NCBI RefSeq assembly: GCF_900199515.1
Contig: NZ_LT963434.1
Span: forward strand, 1,323,272 to 1,355,271
Direction of reading: 5' to 3'
DNA length: 32,000 nucleotides
From: Massilicoli timonensis
GTDB taxonomy: Bacteria > Bacillota_I > Bacilli_A > Erysipelotrichales > Erysipelotrichaceae
Numbering within the stretch: position 1 is the stretch's first letter; each line of letters starts with the position of its first letter. The notes below the pieces were generated by a model, which saw only the letters and a list, made by a program, of their open reading frames with translations, made no database searches and had not been told where the DNA came from. The position numbers and the translations under genes are program-made. Shown here in pieces: positions 1 to 9,490 of this stretch.

Positions 1-221
1 ACTCCACTTCCCATACATAACCCCAGTATGATCGAAGTAAGCAATACCATTAGCGCATAAGCAGAACCAACTGCCGCAAGCGCCTCTGCACCGATCGTCT
101 GCCCGACGATCAGGGTATCCGCAACATTATATAACTGTTGAAGCAGATTGCCGGCAATCATCGGCAAACTGAATAAAATAAGGCTCTTTCCGATTGCACC
201 TTCTGTTAAACTCTTTTTCAT
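1..221 (-). CDS. MATE family efflux transporter, N-terminal part (gene runs off the window start)
   Basis: Reverse-strand translation from ATG at 221-219 gives MKKSLTEGAIGKSLILFSLPMIAGNLLQQLYNVADTLIVGQTIGAEALAAVGSA..., the canonical MATE/NorM-type N-terminus. A GGTGA SD lies just upstream. Not in the ORF track because it is truncated by the window edge. Confidence 0.75.
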   Translation of the reverse strand, partial: MKKSLTEGAIGKSLILFSLPMIAGNLLQQLYNVADTLIVGQTIGAEALAAVGSAYALMVLLTSIILGLCMGSG

Positions 222-635
222 GTGATCACCTATTACAAATTGTATTATAACATGCGCTGACAAAGCCGGAAGCCTATTTTCTAAAAAACATATTTTCATT
301 TTTATGACAAGTTGATATTACTTGTTTTTTATTTACCCTGTTCATAAGCAAAAATAAGTACATCGTTATTTACTGAAATTTTATCTGCATATCATACGGA
401 TTTCCTGTTTGGATATGTAAAAACGATCACCTGCATTTACAAATGATCGTTTTTTCTATTCTCTAAAATCCGTCGTCTTCTGCTTCTTGCACAATTGTTT
501 TGACATCAAAAACTCCCAGTGCTTCTTTTTTCGCCCAAATACAATCATCAATCAGCTTGCATGCTCTTATCCTCATAGGCAAACACTGCGACGCATCTGG
601 TGATCTATGCTATAATGATGCAAAGAGGTGATAAA

Positions 636-989
636 ATGGACGCACTTTTTATTTGGTATCCAAAATGTTCTACCTGTCAAAAGGCCAAAAAAGAATTAGA
701 AGAAACAGGTATCACTTTTACGCTGAAGGATATCGTTACACAGACACCCGTTGCCGATGAGCTGCGAGATTATCTCCAAAAAAGCGGTATGCCGTTAGAA
801 AAGTTCTACAACACATCAGGCAAACAATATCGAGCCCAGGATATCAAAAACAAACGGCTTACGATGAGCGAAACAGAACAGTTGCAGCTGCTAAGTGAAA
901 ACGGCATGCTGTTGAAGCGACCTCTTCTGATTTACGGCGATCAGGTCATCATCGGCTACAAGCCGGGCGTTTATCTCAGCTTAAAATAA
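636..989 (+). CDS. ArsC/Spx-family (arsenate reductase-like, thioredoxin-fold) protein
   Basis: ORF 600..989. Preferred start is ATG 636 (MDALFIWYPKCSTCQKAKK...), preceded by AGAGGTG at 624-630. The N-terminal CxxC and overall pattern are typical of the ArsC/Spx/YffB family. Confidence 0.75.
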   Translation: MDALFIWYPKCSTCQKAKKELEETGITFTLKDIVTQTPVADELRDYLQKSGMPLEKFYNTSGKQYRAQDIKNKRLTMSETEQLQLLSENGMLLKRPLLIYGDQVIIGYKPGVYLSLK

Positions 990-995
990 TAAAAG

Positions 996-1026
996 GCGGA
1001 TCCCCTGCAAAGTGAATCCGCTTTTT
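996..1026. terminator. Bidirectional rho-independent terminator between the arsC-like and ftsH-like genes
   Basis: GCGGAT-N14-ATCCGC hairpin flanked by an A-run upstream and TTTTT downstream. Confidence 0.6.
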
Positions 1027-1028
1027 AT

Positions 1029-2867
1029 TTACGCATTTGCACCGTTATGCAGAATTTCCATAAACTCCTCTCCGGTGATCGTTTCTTTTTCATACAGATA
1101 TTTTGCCAGTTCATGCAGCTTATCAATATTCTTCGTCAATAGATCCACTGCGTAAGCATGTGCTTCTTTGATGATCTTCAGCACCTCTTCATCCACTCTT
1201 GTCGCTGTATCAGCGCTGCATGCCAGCTGCGTATCACCGCCTAAATACTGATTGGTAACCGTCTCCAACGCCATCATATCAAACTTATCGCTCATACCGA
1301 GTCGGGTAACCATCGCTCTTGCTAATTTTGTCGCCTGCTCGATATCGTTTGCGGCGCCGCTCGTAACACTTTTGAATACCACTTCTTCCGCTGCTCGACC
1401 GCCGGTCATTGTCGCAATGCGAGCAATCGCTTCCTCTTTGCTGATCAGATTGCTTTCCTCTTCCTCCACCTGCATCGTATAGCCAAGCGCACCGCTGGTA
1501 CGCGGAATAATGGTAATCTTATGCACCGGGGCCGAGTTCTTCGTAAGTCCTGCCACCAGTGCATGTCCGATCTCATGATAAGACACGATCAGTTTTTCTC
1601 GATTCGAAATCACCGCACCTTTACGCTGATAGCCGGCAATTACCGTTTCCACCGCTTCATCAAAATCCTTTTGAGAAACGATATCACGATCATCTTTTAC
1701 CGCTAACAGTGCCGCTTCATTGACGATATTGGCTAATTCCGCACCACTGGCACCGGCCGTAGCACGCGCCACGACATTGAAGTCAATATTCGTGCCGATC
1801 TTGACATCTTTGGCATGTACGCGCAAGATTGCTTCTCGTCCTGCCAGATCCGGCAATTCCACCGGGATCCGCCGGTCAAATCGTCCCGGTCTTAACAATG
1901 CCTGATCCAAAGATTCCGGACGGTTCGTCGCCGCTAAGATCACGACGCCCTTGCTGCCGTCAAAACCATCCATCTCTGCCAATAGCTGATTCAATGTTTG
2001 TTCCCGCTCTTCATTGCCGCCTAAGCCGCTGCCGTCGCGTTTTTTTCCGATGGTATCGATTTCATCGATAAAGACGATACAAGGCGCTTTCTCTCGTGCC
2101 TGCTTGAATAGATCACGCACCCGTGCTGCTCCTCACCCGACAAACATTTCCACAAACTCACTGCCGGAAATCGAGAAGAACGGTACACCCGCTTCCCCGG
2201 CAACCGCTTTCGCAAGCAGCGTTTTCCCGGTACCCGGAGGACCCACCAATAATGCGCCCTTTGGCATCTGTGCGCCGATCCGCTGGTATTTTTTCGGATT
2301 GTTCAAGAAATCCACCATTTCCTTCAGCGCTTCCTTCGCTTCCTCTTGCCCGGCTACATCCTGAAACGTCTTGCCGCTTTGTGCCTGCACATACACTTTT
2401 GCACTGCTCGCACCGAAACTACCAAGACCGCCGCCGCCAAATGTCATACCGTCTTTACCCATCTTTTTCTGCATTCGCTTAAAGAACCATGTACCCAGCG
2501 CATACATGAAAATGACCGGCAAGATAAACTGAATCAAGAAAGATAACAACGGATTCATTTCCTGCGGGAATACCCGCGTCATGCTCACATCAGACTCTGC
2601 CAAGCGATCCACTAAATTGGGATCCTCCATTCGCCCCGTAATATAGATCGTCTGATCTTCTTGCGACTTCTTAAAAGCGATCTGTTCATTCTGCACCTCT
2701 ACGATTTCGATCTGCTCCTTGTCAAGCATCTTCAAAAATGTACTATAACTGACTTCCTCAGTGCGGGAATTGCTTAACATCGGAAATACGAATGCATTTA
2801 ATAAAATAATGATGATCAACATTAAAAAATAATAATAATACAATGGTTTCTTCTGTTTATTATTCAT
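1029..2867 (-). pseudogene. ftsH: FtsH-like ATP-dependent zinc metalloprotease interrupted by an in-frame TGA (2133-2135)
   Basis: ORFs 2133..2942 (TM segments, Walker A GPPGTGKT) and 1029..2120 (Walker [36 protein letters not shown] zinc site) are in the same frame. The junction reads [19 protein letters not shown], against the family consensus FVEMFVGVGAxRVRDLF. Likely true start is ATG 2867 (MNNKQKKPL...) after a GGAGG SD. Confidence 0.85.
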
Positions 2868-3291
2868 TTGACTTCCTCCTTTCCTCAATATAGGCGGAAA
2901 GCACCTGCAAGCCTTCCATGACCTTCTGAAATTGTTTTTCATTCAGATCCGCAAACAGACTTTCCTGCCTGCATACGTCCTGTAAGCATTCCTTTGCTTT
3001 TTCAGTCATCTGCAAGTACACGATACGCCGATCCCTAAAGTCATGCACCCGCTCCACAAAGCCGCTTTTCTCCATCCGCTTGGCGATCGCCGACAGATTG
3101 GAAATGCTAAGCGACAGCGTATCTGCTAATTCACTGATCCTTAACTGCCTTTTATTTTGCAGTTCCATCAGTACCTCCGCCTGTACTCTTGTAATATCGT
3201 AAGGTTCACATCTGCGGTTTAAGATCACATGCAAAGATGCACCGATCTTGCGCATTTCATCAAATATCAAGACATCATAATCCTGCTTCAT
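2860..3291 (-). CDS. MarR family transcriptional regulator
   Basis: 143-aa ORF with a winged-helix MarR pattern ([46 protein letters not shown]). Its stop overlaps the ftsH-like ATG by 8 nt. Confidence 0.85.
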   Translation of the reverse strand: MKQDYDVLIFDEMRKIGASLHVILNRRCEPYDITRVQAEVLMELQNKRQLRISELADTLSLSISNLSAIAKRMEKSGFVERVHDFRDRRIVYLQMTEKAKECLQDVCRQESLFADLNEKQFQKVMEGLQVLSAYIEERRKSNE

Positions 3292-3363
3292 ATTGCCTTC
3301 CTCTCTTTAATATTTCACGCATTGAATAAATGTAGTATAAACATCCGTATCAAAAAAAGGGCG

Positions 3364-3445
3364 CTCTAAACTTCCGTGTGGGTGTGGGTACGCCCTAAAC
3401 TTATGTGTGGTATTTTTCAGATACCTCTAACATTTTGTGTGGGTG
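3364..3445. repeat. Three iterated copies of the ISL3 end motif CTCTAAAC-N4-GTGTGGGT (left end)
   Basis: Copies at 3364-3384, 3393-3412 and 3425-3445, all similar to the reverse complement of the right-end copies. Confidence 0.7.
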
Positions 3446-3511
3446 AATAAAAAACCTTCGTGATATGATTTCTTTGTCGAGAAGAAATTACACGAAGGAG
3501 GTATTTAACCT

Positions 3512-4849
3512 ATGAATGATTTTATCACAGATTTATTTAATATTGATAGAAAAAAGATTAAAAAAATGAATGTTGTTACTAGTAAGGATAAAACTGAGTT
3601 TCATATCGTCTTAAACCACGATGGTGATTTATTTTGTCCTTTTTGTTATGGTGTCGTTCATGCCAATGGCTATTCGAAACCTAAAATAATCAATCACCCT
3701 AAACTAACAGATAGAAAAGCGGTAATTATCTTTTATAACCATCGTTATCAATGCAACGAATGCTTGCGTACTTTCTCTGGGAAAAATCCTTTCACTTTTT
3801 CTAACTTTAGAAATTCTTATCTTTCTTTTGAAAACATTATGAAGCAGCTTTCTAATTTGAATTATTCATATAAAATGGTAGCTGAGCTGAACCATATCTC
3901 TCCTACCCAAGTACAAAGATATTTTGATAGCTTCGTAAACATTCCTAGAATCACTCTACCTGAATCTATAGGGATTGATGAGATTCATTCAAAAATGGCA
4001 AAACGAAAAGATTCTGCTTATTTATGTGTGATGGTGGATAATAAGAAACGTTCTCTTTTTGAAATACTTCCATCTCGTTCTAAAGCAGAATTAAAACGTT
4101 ATTTTGAAAAGATTCCTCAAATAGAACGGAACAACGTAAAATATGTAACCATTGATATGTGGTTTCCTTATAAAGAAGTAGCGAATAAGTATTTCCCTAA
4201 CTGCATTGTAGCTGTTGATCCATTTCATGTTGTCGAACATTTAATGACTAGTTTCCGCCGTATACGTCTTAATATCATGTATCAGGTAGAATATGGCAGT
4301 GATAGTTACTATTTACTCAAAACATGGAAAGACTTAATTGAAAAGAATGTTTTTCTCGATAATGAACCAGTCTACAATAATCGCTTCAAAATGAAACTAA
4401 ACAAAAGACAGCTACTTGATTTAATTCTTGAGATTAGTGAAACATTGGCTTTAGGATATCACCTAAAAGAGATGTATTTAACCTTTAATAAAAATGCAAC
4501 GGAAGAAAATTGTGAGGAATGGTTCAATTCTATTTTAGAAGCTTTTAAAAAATCAGGAATATCAGAGTTCCATGATTTTATTCAAACACTTGAAAACTGG
4601 AAACCAGAAATTCTTAATTCATTCAAAAGACCTTTTGATGAGCACAAACTAAGCAATGCACTCTGTGAAAATATCAATGGGCAAATTAGAACATATTTAT
4701 CTGTATCAAAAGGAGTATCTAATTTTATCCGTTTTAGAAAAAGATGTATTTTTGCTTTAAATCCAAAGGTTTTCTATTCAATTACAAATCAATTAAAATC
4801 TAATAAAGTTCAAGGCAAAAGAAGAGGCAAATATAATAAAAACAAATAA
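3512..4849 (+). CDS. ISL3 family transposase
   Basis: 445 aa. N-terminal zinc-finger pattern (CPFC...CNEC) followed by a DDE_Tnp_ISL3-like body (IGIDEIH..., VTIDMWFPY..., NALCENINGQIRTY). GAAGGAGG SD at 3494-3501. Confidence 0.9.
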   Translation: MNDFITDLFNIDRKKIKKMNVVTSKDKTEFHIVLNHDGDLFCPFCYGVVHANGYSKPKIINHPKLTDRKAVIIFYNHRYQCNECLRTFSGKNPFTFSNFRNSYLSFENIMKQLSNLNYSYKMVAELNHISPTQVQRYFDSFVNIPRITLPESIGIDEIHSKMAKRKDSAYLCVMVDNKKRSLFEILPSRSKAELKRYFEKIPQIERNNVKYVTIDMWFPYKEVANKYFPNCIVAVDPFHVVEHLMTSFRRIRLNIMYQVEYGSDSYYLLKTWKDLIEKNVFLDNEPVYNNRFKMKLNKRQLLDLILEISETLALGYHLKEMYLTFNKNATEENCEEWFNSILEAFKKSGISEFHDFIQTLENWKPEILNSFKRPFDEHKLSNALCENINGQIRTYLSVSKGVSNFIRFRKRCIFALNPKVFYSITNQLKSNKVQGKRRGKYNKNK

Positions 4850-4934
4850 ATAAATGAATCGTACTTCTCGACACATAAAAAGGTGGTTCATTAGTACTTA
4901 CTTGTACTAAATATACCACCTTTTATCTCATCTT

Positions 4935-4988
4935 AAACCACTCGAAAGTTTAGAGTTCATTTTCTCAAAACCACTCGAAAGTTTAGAT
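4935..4988. repeat. Two iterated copies of the ISL3 end motif (right end)
   Basis: AAACCACTCGAAAGTTTAGAG at 4935-4955 and AAACCACTCGAAAGTTTAGAT at 4968-4988. Confidence 0.7.
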
Positions 4989-4992
4989 TACT

Positions 4993-5030
4993 AAAAAAAG
5001 CAAGGGAATTACCGCAAGTCGATAATTCCC
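4993..5030 (-). terminator. Rho-independent terminator of the cellobiose PTS operon
   Basis: On the minus strand: GGGAATTA-N11-TAATTCCC followed by TTGCTTTTTTT. The T-tract is the sequence duplicated by the ISL3 insertion. Confidence 0.6.
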
Positions 5031-5058
5031 TTTTATTCTCACATAATTCACATACTTA

Positions 5059-5361
5059 TTATGCTTCTTTACATGCTTCCAGCACATTTTGAAAGATCTT
5101 GTCAGCACGCATCATGCCGAAATCCTGCACATCGATCAAGAGGACCGGTTTGCCCTGCGCCTGTTTTACAACATCCTGATAAGCAAAACGAATCTGCGGC
5201 CCGAGCAGTATGATGTCAGCACTGTCGATGTTCTCATTCAATTCTCCCATCGGGATCGCCTCCACATTCGCCTCGACCTGATGTTTACGCGCTTCTTCTT
5301 CCAGCTTCATCTGTAAGATGCCGGTACTCATGCCCGCATTGCACATTAGTAATATTTTCAT
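5059..5361 (-). CDS. PTS lactose/cellobiose-family EIIB component
   Basis: 100 aa starting MKILLMCNAGMSTG (active-site Cys context), typical of LicB/CelA-type IIB. Confidence 0.9.
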   Translation of the reverse strand: MKILLMCNAGMSTGILQMKLEEEARKHQVEANVEAIPMGELNENIDSADIILLGPQIRFAYQDVVKQAQGKPVLLIDVQDFGMMRADKIFQNVLEACKEA

Positions 5362-5373
5362 ATCTTTCCCTCG

Positions 5374-6678
5374 CTATTTCGCTACTTCTGCTTCTTCCTG
5401 CAGTTTCTGTTTTTCATATACTTTCAAGAATGGATAATAGATGATCATATCCATGATGATCAGTCCGATTACCAACAGCACCGCTTTTATATCCAATGTC
5501 GCCAGCAGCGCCCCGATCGGACAGAACATGTTCCAGCTTGGATAAACGAAAGTTCTGGCAACCAAACCGATATCCATCAACAAATAAGAGATGACACCGT
5601 TTGCGGTCATGGCGAATACGAACGGAAACATCATCGTCGGATTCAGCATTAACGGCATACCGAAGATGATCGGCTCATTGATATTGAAGAATGCCGGTAT
5701 GATTCCTAGTTTTCCGACTGTTTTCAGATGTTTGGATTTGCTTCTCAATAACAACAGCGCCAAACCGAATGTCGCACCGCTGCCGCCGATCGCCATAAAC
5801 GTCCACCAAAACGGCTCCGTTAATACATAAGGCAGTGCAATCGCCGCAGTACCTGCCGCATAAGCAGTCATATTCACCGACAGATTATGATACAAGAACG
5901 GTGTCAAAGGACCGGTAATGACCGAATCGTGAATGCCGAACCACCAAAGCACCATGACCAGCAAAGACAGGATCATTACGCCGAATACATTGTCGATCAT
6001 GGAAACGACCGGTTCTAACAAGGCGCCGATCAAGCCCGGGAACGGTACTCCCGCAAAAGTGATGACCGCTGTGCTCATCAGTCCCATCACTGCCAATACA
6101 ATTACGACCGGCACCAAAGACGCAAACGATTCCGTCAGCGCCGGCGGTACATTACCACCCTGCAGTTCAATTCTTCCTACTTTATGGTCATACAGGAAAC
6201 GATACAGTTCAAAAGCAATGCCGGCGGTGATCATCGAACCGAATAAACCGGTACCACCCAAATAGTCAGTGGTAAAGCTGCCATCCGGTGCGATTGCATT
6301 TACAACAATAAATGAGATCCCGCACAACACTGTCGGCAAATATCCCTTCATGCCATGATGCTTGGATAAAAAGAACCCCATGCCAAACGCCAGATACAGC
6401 GCCAAACAACTCATCGTCGCATAGTTGATCGCATTCAAAGGTCCATAAGCGAAGTCCGCAAACCACTGCCAGCCCTCCATAAAGGTCCGCATGATGCCCG
6501 GATCCATCTCATGGAAATCCATTGCCGGAGAGATCAGGATCAAAGCAAAGCTGCCGACGGTCAAAAACGGAATCATCGTCAAAAATGTACTTTGAATCGC
6601 CTGCACATATTTCTGCCGCGCTAATTTATTCGCCATCGGCGCCACATAGCGCTCAAGCATCGCACTCAATTTGTTCAT
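5374..6678 (-). CDS. PTS lactose/cellobiose-family EIIC permease
   Basis: 434-aa polytopic membrane protein with a LicC/CelB-like N-terminus (MLERYVAPMANKLARQKYVQAIQSTF). Its start overlaps the GH1 stop (ATGA). Confidence 0.9.
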   Translation of the reverse strand: MNKLSAMLERYVAPMANKLARQKYVQAIQSTFLTMIPFLTVGSFALILISPAMDFHEMDPGIMRTFMEGWQWFADFAYGPLNAINYATMSCLALYLAFGMGFFLSKHHGMKGYLPTVLCGISFIVVNAIAPDGSFTTDYLGGTGLFGSMITAGIAFELYRFLYDHKVGRIELQGGNVPPALTESFASLVPVVIVLAVMGLMSTAVITFAGVPFPGLIGALLEPVVSMIDNVFGVMILSLLVMVLWWFGIHDSVITGPLTPFLYHNLSVNMTAYAAGTAAIALPYVLTEPFWWTFMAIGGSGATFGLALLLLRSKSKHLKTVGKLGIIPAFFNINEPIIFGMPLMLNPTMMFPFVFAMTANGVISYLLMDIGLVARTFVYPSWNMFCPIGALLATLDIKAVLLVIGLIIMDMIIYYPFLKVYEKQKLQEEAEVAK

Positions 6679-8081
6679 AACTCTTTCCCTTCTTTCTCAT
6701 CAATCTTTTTTTGATACCAATAATAACTATCTTTCGGATAACGCTTTTCATGATCTTCATAATCGACATACACCAGACCATAGCGTTTTTCATAGCCATT
6801 GATCCAACTGTATAGATCCATCGTAGACCAGACAAAATAACCGCGTACATCAATGCCTTCTTCTTTGGCTTTCCACATCCAGTCGATAAATCCATCAAGA
6901 TATTCGATGCGATAAGGATCATGTACCTGTCCGTTTTCCAGCTTGTCATAATAGCCGATCCCATTTTCGGTAATGATGAAAGGAATATCCCCATAACGCT
7001 CTTTCATCATATAAAGCAAGTCATAGATACATTTCGGATAAACCTCCATTCCCCATGGATTGCGTTTTACCTCCGAATCTTTATCCAACTCAAACCATCC
7101 TTTTACGATGATGCTGGTCTTATCCTTGCTTTTTCCGGTATTGTTGATCTTCAAACAGGTTTCTCCGCTCGTATAAGGCTTTACCACTGCCCGCTCATAT
7201 ACATTCAATCCCAGAAAATCTACCGTACCTTCCATAAAGCACTGCTTGTCCCCTTCTTTTATAAAAGATAGATCGATGTTGCTTTCCTTTAACTTTACGA
7301 ACAGGTCATCACAGAACCACCCGGTGATCGTCGGATCGGCAATGCAGCGGTTATAAAACAGATCGGCATTTTTCGCCGCTTCCCGATAAGCCAAATCATC
7401 TTGCAGCGTGGCGATCGGATAAGGAGCGTGAACCAGACCGATCATGCCTTTCGCCTGTAACTTGCGAAAACGGCTTACTGCTTTTGCGCTTGCCAGCAAC
7501 ATATGATATAGCGCCTTCGCACGGCGATTCATGTCGGTTACATTCGGCGGGTAATTTCCGACCGCATAAGCGCACATCGTATCGTAATCCGGTTCATTGA
7601 TGGTGACCCAATGGCGCACCTCATCGCCAAAGGCCTCAAAGCACACCTGCGCATAGTCCGCAAACGCTTCTGCCACTTCTCGATTCTCCCATCCGCCGAT
7701 TTCCATCAAAGGCTGCGGCAGATCATAATGATAGATCGTTACCAGTGGTGTTACACCGTACTTTTTACATGCGGCAAGCACCCGTTTGTAAAAAGCGATG
7801 CCGGCTTGACTGATTTTACCTGTGCCTTTGGGAATGATCCGGGTCCATGCCAAAGAGAAGCGATAGGCGTTTTGTCCTCCTTCTTTCAGCATGCGGATAT
7901 CTTCTTCATAGCGATGATAATGATCACTGGCAACATCTCCGGTTACTGCGTTGATGTTGTTTTTTTCACTATGACAGAACACATCCCAGATCGATTCTCC
8001 TTTGTCATCTTCCCGATAACCGCCTTCGCACTGGTATGCGGCGGTTGCACTTCCCCACAAAAACGGCTCTTTCAGCTCCAT
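6675..8081 (-). CDS. Glycoside hydrolase family 1, 6-phospho-beta-glucosidase
   Basis: 468 aa with GH1 signatures FLWGSATAAYQCEG, TINEP (acid/base Glu) and ITENG (nucleophile Glu), embedded in a PTS operon. Confidence 0.9.
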   Translation of the reverse strand: MELKEPFLWGSATAAYQCEGGYREDDKGESIWDVFCHSEKNNINAVTGDVASDHYHRYEEDIRMLKEGGQNAYRFSLAWTRIIPKGTGKISQAGIAFYKRVLAACKKYGVTPLVTIYHYDLPQPLMEIGGWENREVAEAFADYAQVCFEAFGDEVRHWVTINEPDYDTMCAYAVGNYPPNVTDMNRRAKALYHMLLASAKAVSRFRKLQAKGMIGLVHAPYPIATLQDDLAYREAAKNADLFYNRCIADPTITGWFCDDLFVKLKESNIDLSFIKEGDKQCFMEGTVDFLGLNVYERAVVKPYTSGETCLKINNTGKSKDKTSIIVKGWFELDKDSEVKRNPWGMEVYPKCIYDLLYMMKERYGDIPFIITENGIGYYDKLENGQVHDPYRIEYLDGFIDWMWKAKEEGIDVRGYFVWSTMDLYSWINGYEKRYGLVYVDYEDHEKRYPKDSYYWYQKKIDEKEGKEL

Positions 8082-8085
8082 ATCT

Positions 8086-8412
8086 TCACTCCTTTCCCGC
8101 TTCCAGCTTCTGATAAACGCGTATCAGCTTTTCCGCCATCCTTTCCATAAAGATCCCCATCGTCAGATGATCTTGTGCATGGCTCATGATAATGCTGAAA
8201 GGAATATCCTCTGCTCTGACCTCTGCACTCAGTAAATCTGCCTGTGAGCGGTGCGCTGCATTTAATTCCTCTTTCCCCGTCTGCATCGTCGTCCTCGCCT
8301 CTTCAAAACGAGCTTCTTCGGCAAGATCGACGGCGCGATAGAAGCAATCAAACGCACTGCCTGCATGTGCAATCATCATAAACGCCATAGACTGCATTTC
8401 CTCCTTAGTCAT
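8086..8412 (-). CDS. PTS lactose/cellobiose-family EIIA component
   Basis: 108-aa helical protein (MIAHAGSAFDCFYRAV...HAQDHLM-like motif), first gene of the IIA-GH1-IIC-IIB operon. Confidence 0.85.
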   Translation of the reverse strand: MTKEEMQSMAFMMIAHAGSAFDCFYRAVDLAEEARFEEARTTMQTGKEELNAAHRSQADLLSAEVRAEDIPFSIIMSHAQDHLTMGIFMERMAEKLIRVYQKLEAGKE

Positions 8413-8557
8413 GCTCTCACTCCTTCCTTGTCCTTATTCTAAAACAAATACCTCGTATCATTCCAATTTGTTTTTGCATAGTACCCCGCAAAAAAAAGAT
8501 TGTTTCTTTTTATCTGTTATAATATATTTATATAATAACAAAGAGGGGTGATAAGTT

Positions 8558-9490
8558 GTGTATGCTTTCAGTGATCGCCAAAAGAAAATCATCCGTTATC
8601 TCATGCAAATGCCGGCGTTTGTCAAAGGGAAAGTGCTTGCCGATGCTTTACATATTTCCCTTCGCACCCTGCAATATGAGATCACAGCGATCAATCAGAT
8701 CTTTCACGACAAGCTGATCCTTTCCACCAATCAAGGATATATGATCAATGCCGATACCGATGCGGATCTGCATGCGCTGTTTTTTCTGCCTGACCAGAAA
8801 AATGAACAACACGCGCTGTTGAAACAACTGCTTTTGGCACAGGACGAAATCTCTATTGATGACTTTGCCGAGCGCTGCTATCTCAGCACAAGCACACTGT
8901 TATCTCATCTAAAACAGCTTCATGCGCCGCTTGCTGCTTATCAGCTCCATGTAAAAAGAAAACACAATCATATCTGGATCGATGGCAGCGAATATGACAA
9001 ACGCAAATTGATCAATCACTTGTTGCGGGAAGAAGCAAAACCGGGACAGCCGTCTTTTGAAAAGCTGACGTCAGATTTCGGCGATATGAATCTATTGCGC
9101 TGCAAACAGATGATCGAGGCATCGATCGAGCGTTATCACTGTCATTTGGAAACAAGTTATGCCGGTGCGCTCTTCTTAAATATCGCCGTTGCGCTGTTTC
9201 GTATCCGCAATAAGCATTACATGGAAGCATTGGCGGATCCGATCGACCGCAGTTCGATCGAATATCAGATCGCCCGCGATATATGCGAACAATACGCGCA
9301 GCATTACCCCATTCATATTTATCCGGAAGATGTCGCTTACATCGCCCTGCTGCTCATCGGCCAGATCAAGCCCTATATCCTGTTTAGCGAGGAAGGTGCA
9401 AGCTCCATGATCTCTGCCGCTTTCAAAGAACAAGTACGCGCGATCCTGCATCGCACCTTTCAGTATTATATGCTTCACATTGATTATGCA
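8558..9490 (+). pseudogene. PRD-containing PTS operon regulator (LicR/CelR-like), 5' fragment truncated by IS110 copy A
   Basis: GTG start after a GAGGGG SD. N-terminal HTH (VLADALHISLRTLQYEI) then the beginning of a PRD. The host reading frame ends at 9490, and the tail 9491-9682 of the track ORF is IS sequence. Confidence 0.8.

Larger units (their letters stand above)
3360..4992 (+). mobile_element. ISL3-family insertion sequence (complete, about 1633 bp) with 8-bp target site duplication
   Basis: AAAAAAAG is directly repeated at 3352-3359 and 4993-5000. Imperfect terminal IRs: GGCGCTCTAAACTTCCGTGTGG on the left versus AGTAATCTAAACTTTCGAGTGG (reverse complement) on the right. A single ISL3 transposase ORF lies inside, and the element is visibly more AT-rich than its flanks. 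Confidence 0.8.

Noticed and set aside
463-576. 37-codon minus-strand ORF (MRIRACKLIDDCIWAKKEALGVFDVKTIVQEAEDDGF) followed by the hairpin/T-run at 421-456
   Set aside because: Too short, no convincing SD, no recognisable family. It could be a gene remnant or a real small protein, but the sequence alone does not support a call.
2133-2135. Alternative genetic code (TGA read as Trp or Gly) as the explanation for the in-frame TGA in the ftsH-like gene
   Set aside because: TGA cleanly terminates several intact genes in this window (GH1 at 6675-6677, EIIA at 8086-8088, regulator fragment at 12097-12099, LevR-like gene at 31603-31605). No other gene needs TGA read-through. The conserved residue at this site is Val or Leu, not Trp or Gly.
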